From the NCBI GenBank assembly GCA_963817235.1, contig CAWFNS010000013.1, positions 12,354 to 76,353 of the forward strand: a DNA stretch of 64,000 bases, written 5' to 3'. Source of the stretch: an uncultured Actinomycetes bacterium (GTDB taxonomy: Bacteria; Actinomycetota; UBA4738; HRBIN12). Both the position numbers and the translations under genes were made by a program. The notes beneath the pieces were generated by a model. It had not been told where the DNA came from. It did no database searches and worked only from the letters and a program-made list of their open reading frames with translations. How positions within the stretch are numbered: the first letter of the stretch is position 1; every line of letters begins with the position of its first letter. This document shows positions 53,884-64,000 of the stretch, piece by piece.

Positions 53884-54747
53884 ATGCTGCCCTCGGCGTT
53901 CGAGTACCACCGGCCGTCCACGCTCGATGAGGCGCTCGCGCTCCTCGCCGAGCATGGGGAGGACGCGAAGGTGCTGGCGGGAGGCCAGAGCCTGATCCCG
54001 CTCATGAAGCTCCGCTTCGCGGCGCCCGAGCACCTGATCGACGTGAACCGGATCGCGGGGCTCGACGGCATCGAGGAGCGCGACGGCGCGTTGCGGATCG
54101 GCGCGCTCGTGCGGCACAACCAACTCGCGGCGTCCGAGGTGATCGCCCGCTACCCCACGATCGCCACGGCGGCGCCGCAGATCGCCGATCCGATCGTGCG
54201 CAACCTCGGCACGATCGGCGGCTCGCTCTCCCACGCGGATCCGGCCGGTGACCTCGGCTCGGTGATGCTCGCGCTCGGCGCCAGCGTGGTGCTGCGCAGC
54301 TCGAGCGGCGAGCGCGAGGTGCCGATCGGCGAGTTCCTCGTCGACACCTTCCAGACCTCGATCGCGCCCGGCGAGATGCTGACCGAGGTCCGCGTCCCGA
54401 CGCCCGGGGCGCGCTCCGGCGGGACCTACCTGAAGATGGAGCGCAAGGTCGGCGACTTCGCGACCGTCGGCGCGGCCGTGTTCGTCCAGATGCACAACGG
54501 CACGATCGGATCGGCCGGGATCGGCCTGACGTCGGTCGGCCTGAAGAACCTGAAGGCGACCGCCGCCGAGGCGGCGCTCGCCGGCGCCGAGCCCGGCGAG
54601 GACGCGTTCGCGGAGGCGGGTCGCCTGGCCGCGGAGGCCTCGCAACCGGCGACCGACGTCCGCGGCAGCGAGGCGTACAAGCGGCACATCGTCGACGTCT
54701 ACGTCCGGCGCGGGCTCGCCCGCGCGGTCGAGCTGGCACGCGCGTGA
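53884..54747 (+). CDS. coxM: Aerobic CO dehydrogenase medium (FAD) subunit
   Basis: [40 protein letters not shown]. Confidence 0.92.
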   Translation: MLPSAFEYHRPSTLDEALALLAEHGEDAKVLAGGQSLIPLMKLRFAAPEHLIDVNRIAGLDGIEERDGALRIGALVRHNQLAASEVIARYPTIATAAPQIADPIVRNLGTIGGSLSHADPAGDLGSVMLALGASVVLRSSSGEREVPIGEFLVDTFQTSIAPGEMLTEVRVPTPGARSGGTYLKMERKVGDFATVGAAVFVQMHNGTIGSAGIGLTSVGLKNLKATAAEAALAGAEPGEDAFAEAGRLAAEASQPATDVRGSEAYKRHIVDVYVRRGLARAVELARA

Positions 54748-54775
54748 GCCCCGAGCGAGCAGGAGGAACGGTCTG

Positions 54776-55258
54776 ATGGAAGCCACGTTCACCGTCAACG
54801 GCGCCGAGCACACGGTCGACGTCGAGCCGCGGATGCTGTTGGTCCACGTGATCCGCGACGAGCTCGGGATGACCGGCACGCACGTCGGGTGCGACACCAC
54901 CAGCTGCGGCGCCTGCACCGTCCTCGTGGACGGGACCCCGGTCAAGTCGTGCACGGTCTTCGGCGTCCAGGCCGACGGCCGCGAGATCACGACGGTCGAG
55001 GGCCTCGGCGCCGGCGGGCTGAGCCCGATGCAGGAGGCGTTCAAGGAGGAGCACGGGCTCCAGTGCGGGTTCTGCACGCCGGGGATGATGCTCGTCGGCA
55101 CGGCCCTGCTGGAGCAGAACCCCGATCCGAGCGAGGAAGACATCCGGTGGGCGATCTCCGGCAACATCTGCCGCTGCACCGGCTACATCAACATCGTCGC
55201 CGCGATCCGCGCGGCCGCCGCCGCGAAGGCCGAGCAGCCCGCCGCGGCGTCCGCGTAA
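54776..55258 (+). CDS. coxS: Aerobic CO dehydrogenase small (2Fe-2S) subunit
   Basis: [25 protein letters not shown]. Confidence 0.93.
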   Translation: MEATFTVNGAEHTVDVEPRMLLVHVIRDELGMTGTHVGCDTTSCGACTVLVDGTPVKSCTVFGVQADGREITTVEGLGAGGLSPMQEAFKEEHGLQCGFCTPGMMLVGTALLEQNPDPSEEDIRWAISGNICRCTGYINIVAAIRAAAAAKAEQPAAASA

Positions 55259-55290
55259 CCGCATCGCATCCGGAAGGAGAACGAAGAACG

Positions 55291-57655
<2,365 letters not shown>

Positions 57656-57682
57656 CGGCGCGGAGGTGAGAGGCTTCCCCAC

Positions 57683-58655
57683 GTGAAACCCGAGGTCCTG
57701 AGCCTCGCGGCCGACCTGTCGGCACGCGGCGAGCCGTTCGTGCTCGCGACCGTCGTCTGGCGGCGCGCGCCGTCCTCCGGCAAGGAGGGCGCGACGGCGC
57801 TGATCACGGCCGACCGGACCGTCCGCGGCTGGCTCGGGGGGGCGTGCGCCGAGCCGACCGTGGTGCGGGAGGCCCTGCGAGCGCTGGAGGAGGGCACGCC
57901 GAGGCTGCTGTTCCTCGGCACGCCCGAGGAGCTCGAGGTGCACGCGCGCGACGGCGTCATCACGGTGCCGATCGCGTGCCAGAGCGAAGGCGCGTTGGAG
58001 GTGTACGTGGAACCCGTGTTGCCGCAGCCGCAGCTGATCGCGATCGGCCGCTCACCGGTCGCGGCGTCGCTCGCCGCGCTCGCCGCCGGGCTCGGCTGGC
58101 GATCGGTGCGGATCGACGAGGACGCCGAGCGCGAGCGCGGACGACACGGGCGGGCCACGGCTGGTCACGACGCTCGACCTCGACGCTGCGGGCGTCGACG
58201 ACCGCTCCTACGTCGTCGTCGCGACGCAGGGCCACTACGACGAGGAGGCGCTGACGCGCGCGCTCGAGACGCCGGCCGCGTACGTCGGGCTCGTGGCGTC
58301 GCGCAAGCGCGCCGCCTCGGTGCTCGGCTACCTGCGCGACCGCGGGGTCGCCGACGAGGCGCTCGCGCGCGTCCACGCGCCGGCCGGGCTCGATCTGGGC
58401 CACGTCTCCACCGAGGAGATCGCGGTCGCGGTCCTCGCCGAGATCGTGCAGCTCCGCGCCGCCGGGCGGCTCGCGCCGGCCACCCCCGCGCCGGCGGCGC
58501 GCCACGAGGAGATCGATCCCGTGTGCGGCATGACGGTCGACGTCGCGGACGCTCGCTACCGCACGGTCTTCGAGGACCGGACGTACTACTTCTGCTCCGC
58601 CGGCTGCCTCGAGTCGTTCACGGCCGACCCGGCGCGCTTCCTGCCGGTCGGCTAG
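57683..58655 (+). CDS. XdhC/CoxI-family Moco chaperone fused to a C-terminal YHS/TRASH domain (frameshift ~58130)
   Basis: ATVV..PSS, GWLGGACAE, ACQSEG, YVGLVASRKR, PAGLDLG, EEIA; then DPVCGM..YYFCS.GC..F..DP. Confidence 0.9.
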
Positions 58656-59284
58656 GGCGCCGAGGTCTGGTCCGGTCGCAGCCGCCCGACGAGCCTCCAG
58701 CCGCCCGGCAGCAGCGCGGCGGCGATCAACAGCTTGATGAGGTCCCCGATCACGAAGGGATAGAGCCCGAGCTCCAAGGCCGTCTGCATCGTCTTCGGCT
58801 CTCCGGCGACGGTGGCCGGGAGCGCGTGGTACAGCCAGGTCACCCCGAGCGCGTAGATCACGATCGAGCCGAGCAGCATCGCCGAGATGGACGAGCGCAT
58901 CGACCGATCCCACCCGTGGCGCGAGAGCCACCCGACGAGCATCGCCGCGAGGACGAACCCCCACAGGTAGCCGCCGGTGGCCGAGGTGAGGCGGAGCGTC
59001 TCGGCGCCGCTGGCGCCGGCGGCGAAGAACGGCAGGCCGACGGCGCCCTCCAGCAGGTAGAGGCCGACCGACGTCGCGCCCAGGGCCGGGCCGAGCGCGG
59101 CGCCGACCAGCAGCACCCCGAGCGTCTGCCCGGTGATCGGCACCGGCGTGAACGGGAGGTGGAAGGAGAGCTGGGCGAGCCCCGCGATCAGCAGCGATCC
59201 GCCGATCACGCACGCCACCTCGAACCAGGCCCGCGCGGACCCACGCGAGCGGGGTGGCGCGAGCTGCAGCGCGATCGTCGTCAT
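58652..59284 (-). CDS. bioY: Biotin transporter BioY
   Basis: PVPITGQT, G.LG, YL..G..GLPFFA, TGGYLWGF, PFVIGD.IK. Confidence 0.93.
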   Translation of the reverse strand: MTTIALQLAPPRSRGSARAWFEVACVIGGSLLIAGLAQLSFHLPFTPVPITGQTLGVLLVGAALGPALGATSVGLYLLEGAVGLPFFAAGASGAETLRLTSATGGYLWGFVLAAMLVGWLSRHGWDRSMRSSISAMLLGSIVIYALGVTWLYHALPATVAGEPKTMQTALELGLYPFVIGDLIKLLIAAALLPGGWRLVGRLRPDQTSAP

Positions 59285-59470
59285 CCGTCCCGGCCTCCGG
59301 TCTCGTCCTCGGGCGTGCAGGGTAGCGCGTTCATCGCTCGTGCCAGATGCGCGTGCCGATCTCCTTCATCCGCCTCGCAGCATAGGCGGCAACGCATCCG
59401 GGCGGGTTCCGGGTTGCGTCGCGACGCCGGGCGGGAGAGAGTGGGTCTTCGAACGGCGAGGGGGGTCCCG

Positions 59471-60092
59471 ATGACGGCGATGCGGAACACGGACTTCGAC
59501 TACACGGGGTTGCACGCGTTCGTGTTCATCGACCACGTGCCCGAGAACACGACGCCGCGGAAGGTGGTGAACGGTCTCCGGAAGCTGGGGTCGCCTCCCG
59601 ACGGCCCGGTGATCTCGGCGCTGGAGACGTTCGGCGCGTACGTCGCGTTCGCTCACCTGTGGCGCGAGGACCCGAACGACCTCGGCGGCCTCCTGGATCT
59701 GATCAGCGGCGACCTGCGCGACGAGGGCGTGCGGTGCAGCTACAGCGCCGAAGCCAAGACCTCGGTCGTCGCGACGTTGCCGAAGGGCCCGAAGCGCGCC
59801 AGCCCCGAGATCATCGGGCTCGTCTCGATCAAGTGCAGGGCCGGAACGGTGGACACCGTCTTGGAGGCCCTCCAGAACGTTCCCGGGTTCCGCGGCGCCG
59901 CGTCGATCTCCGGGAAGTTCGACATCCTGCTGCAGCTCGGCCCCGATCGCGACGTGAGCGACGACGACGACGACTTCTGCGGGAAGAACGGCGAGTTCCG
60001 CCAGGTGATGGCGTTCGCGGGCGTCGAGCCAGCTGCAGGGGATCGACGGCGTCCTGACCACGTCCACCGCCTTCGCCGACGGCACGCGCTGA
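59471..60092 (+). CDS. Tandem Lrp/AsnC ligand-binding (RAM)-like domain protein without an HTH (frameshift ~60030)
   Basis: Two beta-alpha-beta repeats (AFVFI..FGAYVAFA; GLVSI..ISGKFDILLQL..LQGIDGV.TTST); GAGGGGGG RBS. Confidence 0.6.
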
Positions 60093-60100
60093 GCGCGACC

Positions 60101-63100
60101 TCACCCTCGCAGCAGGGCGACCTCCGCCGTCGCGCCCTTGCGCTCGAACAGGGCGATCGCGTCCGCCCGCGCGCGCTCGGCCTCCGCGTGGCCGAGCGCG
60201 GCGCACACGTGGGCGAGGGCGGCGGCCGCGGCCGCGCGCGCCAGCAGGAAGTCCGTGCCCGCGGATAGGGCCACGGCCTCGCGCGCCAGGCGGAGGGCCC
60301 GCTCGCCCTCTCCACGACGCGCCGCGATCTCGGCCCGGACGCCCCGCCACCCGACCTGCAGCTCGAGATCGTCGGCCGGGGCCGTTCGCTCCACCTCGGC
60401 GGCGAGCGCGTCGGCCTCCTCGAGGTTCCCGACCGCGAGCACGTCGGCCGCAAGATCCAGCGCGGTCAGGTGCGCGTTCACCTCGTCGCCCTGCTGCAGG
60501 AACGCCGCGTAGACCGAACGACGGAGCTCGGCCGCCCGCACGTGGTCCCGGCGCAGGCGCGCGAGCTCCGCGGCGGTGTCGGAGGCGCGCGCGAGCCATC
60601 GCCGATGGCCGAGCTCCTCCATCGTCGCGCGGGCGAGCTCGGTCTCCGCGTCGGCGCGGTCGAGCTCCCCCTCCTGCGCGAGCACCGAGGCGAGGTCGAG
60701 CCGAAGGGCGGCCTGCGCGAGCCGGAAGTCGCGGAGCTCCTCGATCAACGCCGCGAGGCGAGGCTCCACCTCGGCGAACGGGACCGGTCCGCGGATCAGC
60801 GCGGCGGAGAGCGTCGAGGCCGCGTCGATCATCGCCGTGCGGTTCCCGGAGGACCGGGCCAGCTCCAGCCCGCGCTCCGCATCGGCCTGCATCCCGGCGG
60901 CGTTGCCCTCCACCCAGCTCGCCATCGCGCGCGTGCCGTACGCGGCGGCGAGATCGCGCACGTCCCCGTCGCGCTCGAACACGGCGATCGCGTCGTCCAG
61001 GGTCGCCCGCAGCGCCTCGCGCGGGATGGCGTTCGGCTCCACGAGCGAGCGCACCAGCACCTGCTGCATCCGCGCCCGTGCGGCGAGCGGCCCCGAGGCG
61101 TCCGGGCCCAGCTCGGCCAGGAGCGTCCCCACCACGACCCCGGCCCGGTCCGGGTCGCCCGAGGCCAGCACGGCGTCGTGCAGGTCCGCGAGGATCCCGA
61201 GCCGGTCGGCGTCGCCGGGAGGCAGGAGCGCGGCGGCGCGCTCCAGCGACGCCGCGGCGCTCCGGACGTCGTCGCGGGCCGCGGCCTCGCGGCCCGCGAC
61301 CGCGAGCAGTCCGGCCGCCTCGGCGCCGAGCGCCGCGACCGAGGCGGCCGCGCCCGGCCCGAGGTCCATCAGCGAGTTCCGCGCCTGCTCGAGATGCCTG
61401 CCGGCCACCTCCGCCGACCCCGACTCGCCCTCGGCAAGCACGGCGCGGGCGGCACGCTCGTGCAGCTCCGCGCGCCGCTGCTTCGGGATCGAGCGGTACG
61501 CCGCCTCCCTCGTCAGGTCGTGGCGGAACCGGAGGTTGCCGGGTCGGTCCGCCGCCACGAGGAACTCCTTGCTCGCAGGGCCCGCAGGACGGGCTCCGTC
61601 CCCTCGGGGGAGGAGCCGGGCTCCAGCGCGGCGAGCGAGGAAGCCGCGAACGGTCCGCCGATCACCGCGGCGCGCTCCAGCACCTCGAGCTCCTCCGGCG
61701 GCAGCCGGTCGATCCGCGCGGCGAGCAGGGCCGAGATCGTGGGCGGGACCTGCACGGACGGACGATCGGCGGCCGGGTGCTCGCGGAGCTCGGTCGCGAT
61801 CTCCCGCAGGAAGAACGGGTTCCCGCCCGCCACCTCGATCATCTGCTCCTCCAGGTGGGGCGGCGCGCCGCCCAGGCTCCGCACGAGCGAGCGCCCCTCC
61901 TCCCGGGTCAGCGGATCGAGCCGGATCGTCACCTCCCCCGGCGTGCGCCCCCACCAAGGCGTCACCTCGGCCAGGTCCGGGCGCGCCAGACAGATCACGA
62001 CGACCGGGGCGTCGCGCGACCACTCGGCGAGGTGCCGCACGCAGTCCAACAACGCCGGGCCCGCCCACTGGACGTCGTCGAGGGCGAGCAGGAGCGGACG
62101 TCGCCGCGCCAGCGCCCCGAGCACCGCGCGGACGGCGGAGAACGCCTCGTCCTCGGGGACCGCATGGGGGGCGAACCCGACCGCGCCGAGGAACGCGTCC
62201 GCGACCGCGTCGGCATCGGCTCGATCGGCCAGCAACGAGCGGAGCCGGACGGGAAGGTCCTCCCGCCCCGGCTCGTCCGCGTCGTTCGCGACCGCCTCGC
62301 CGATCGGACGCAGGGCCGATCCTCCGCCGTAGGCGCGGCACCGGCCGATCAGCGCGGCAGCGCCGCCGGGCTCGCGCGCGACGAACTCCCGGAGCAGCCG
62401 GGACTTGCCGATCCCGGCGTCGCCCAACACCGTCACGATCCGGCACCGCCCCGACCGCTGCGTGTCCTCCCGGAGCTGGCGGAGCAAGGCCAACTCGGTC
62501 TCGCGACCGACGAACGCGGGATCGCCGTCGCCGGCGACGCCGGACGGACGGACCTCGAGCAGCCGGAAGAACTCCACGGGCTCGGCGAACCCCTTCAACG
62601 TGCGCGCCTCGACCGGTTCGGCGTCCACGCGGTCGCGGACGAGCCGTCGCGTCTCGGCGTCCAGCAAGACCTCGCCCGGCACGGCCTCGGCCTCGAGCCG
62701 CGCGGCAAGGTTCAGCGCCGAGCCCACCACCGCCGGGCCGCCCGGCGCCGAGCTCACCACCACCTCACCGGTGGCCACCCCCGCGCGCACGCGGATGCTG
62801 ACGCCCCACCTGGCGGTCAGCTCGTCGTTCAGGCCCTCGACGGCCCGCCGCATCTCGTCGGCGGCGGCGACCGCTCGGAGCGCATCGTCCTCGTGCAGGC
62901 GAGGCACGCCGAACACGGCCATGATCGCGTCGCCGATGAACTTCTCCACGCGGCCCTCGTGCCGCTCCGCCACGGCGCGCATCGCCTGCCAGTAGCGGGA
63001 CGTGACCGCGTGCAGCGCCTCCGCGTCGATCCGCTCCGACAGCGCGGTGGACCCGACGAGGTCGCAGAACAGCACCGAGACGCGGCGACGCGACGTGGAT

Positions 63101-63186
63101 CCGCCGACCTCGAGCGAGGCGCCGCACGCGTTGCAGAACCGAGCGTCCTCGGGGTTCTCCGCTCCGCAGGTCGCACAGGTCGGCAC
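60101..63186 (-). CDS. Second Zn-ribbon + class III cyclase + STAND/AAA ATPase + TPR protein (frameshift ~61580)
   Basis: CATCG..FCNACG; LFCDLVGST, EKFIGDAIM, NLAARLE; GDAGIGKSR; LDDVQWA; GNPFFL; FRHDL. Confidence 0.9.
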
Positions 63187-63229
63187 GCGTGCGAGCCTAG
63201 CCCGTTCCCGGGAGCGGACGGAGCGCGGG

Positions 63230-64000
63230 CTACCCGACCGGGGCGAGCTCCGAGGTGACCGCCCCGGGCAGGAAGACCCGGAACGACGCGCCGCCGCCGG
63301 CGCGCTCCTCGACCCAGGCGCGGCCGCCGTGCAGCTGCGCGAAGTTCGACACGATCGACAGGCCGACGCCGACGCCCGGCGCGTGGCTCTGCACGTCGCG
63401 TCCGTGGCGGAACGCTTCGAAGATGCCCGTCCGGAGCTCCTCCGGCACGCCGGCGCCGTCGTCCTCGACGACCAGCAGGACGCCCCCGGGCTCCGGCGTC
63501 ACGCGCACCCAGAGGTCCGTGCCGTCCGAATGCCGCAGCGCGTTCACCAACAGGTTCTCGACGATCCGCTCGACCTTCGCGGCGTCGATCTCGATCACGA
63601 GCGGATCGGCCTCGACATGGACCGTGCGCCGCTCCGCGGCGCCCGAACCCTCGATCACGTGGCGGACCAGCTCGGCGATGTCCGTCGGGGCCCGGCGCGG
63701 CTCGATGATGCCCTGCGCGAGCCGGTCGAGATCGAGGAGGTCCGAGAGCAGACGGCTGAGCTTGCGGGCGTTCGCCTCGAGCCGGCCGGTCAGGTCCTGG
63801 ACGTCCTCGTGCGACAGCCCCATCTCGTCGGCCTGCTTGAGGGACACCGCGATGCCCAGGACGTTCGACAGCGGCGTCCGCAGCTCGTGGGAGACGGCGG
63901 TCAGGAAGGAGTTCTTCAGCTCGTCGGCCTGGCGCAGCCGCTCGGCCGCCTCGCGCTCGATCTGCGCCTGCTTGCGCAACTGCCGCGAGGCGCCCAGGAC
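63230..64000 (-). CDS. Sensor histidine kinase, C-terminal part (HisKA + HATPase); start lies outside the window
   Basis: SHELRTPL, NLLVNALRH, DDGAG, IFEAF, GVGVGLSIV, LHGG. Confidence 0.93.
   Translation of the reverse strand, partial: VLGASRQLRKQAQIEREAAERLRQADELKNSFLTAVSHELRTPLSNVLGIAVSLKQADEMGLSHEDVQDLTGRLEANARKLSRLLSDLLDLDRLAQGIIEPRRAPTDIAELVRHVIEGSGAAERRTVHVEADPLVIEIDAAKVERIVENLLVNALRHSDGTDLWVRVTPEPGGVLLVVEDDGAGVPEELRTGIFEAFRHGRDVQSHAPGVGVGLSIVSNFAQLHGGRAWVEERAGGGASFRVFLPGAVTSELAPVG

Noticed and set aside
59285-59470. Riboswitch or biotin operator upstream of bioY
   Set aside because: Only a TACCCT -10, a short leader and a GGAGG RBS are visible; no recognisable BirA/BioQ palindrome or aptamer.

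Overview
A roughly 70-73% GC (estimated by eye), gene-dense chromosomal window that looks actinobacterial. The evidence is GC-rich codon usage, the galU-moeA-moaC-[sepX/glpR-like]-tRNA-Ala(CGC) / fmdB-mtnP locus, and MptB-like mannosyltransferases. About 40 single-base frameshifts with no internal in-frame stops, many in housekeeping genes, point to long-read indel errors rather than pseudogenes, so broken genes are reported as joined CDSs with approximate junctions. Metabolism: a divergent DAP-decarboxylase-like/MBL/amidohydrolase cluster, Moco genes, galU, MTAP, tryptophanase, hutUI, otsA, bioY, and a form I aerobic CO dehydrogenase (coxMSL plus an XdhC-YHS fusion). Envelope and glycans: uppP, three GT-C-like membrane glycosyltransferases, and a GT4-GH130 fusion followed by a six-hairpin-like partner. 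Information and signalling: tRNA-Ala, a translin/TRAX-like nuclease, tldDE, ABC-F, rlmN, an AlkA-like glycosylase, two cyclase-STAND-TPR proteins and a partial histidine kinase. A small islet (two micro-ORFs plus a sulfatase) lies next to the tRNA. No CRISPR, integrase, transposase or rRNA is visible. The best candidates for undescribed biology are (1) the GT4-GH130 fusion/six-hairpin mannoside module and (2) tandem NrdR-type boxes ahead of a sepX-like-translin operon beside a tRNA. Further candidates are pervasive leaderless promoters (including a palindromic bidirectional -10), a structured intergenic RNA, and unannotated small ORFs.
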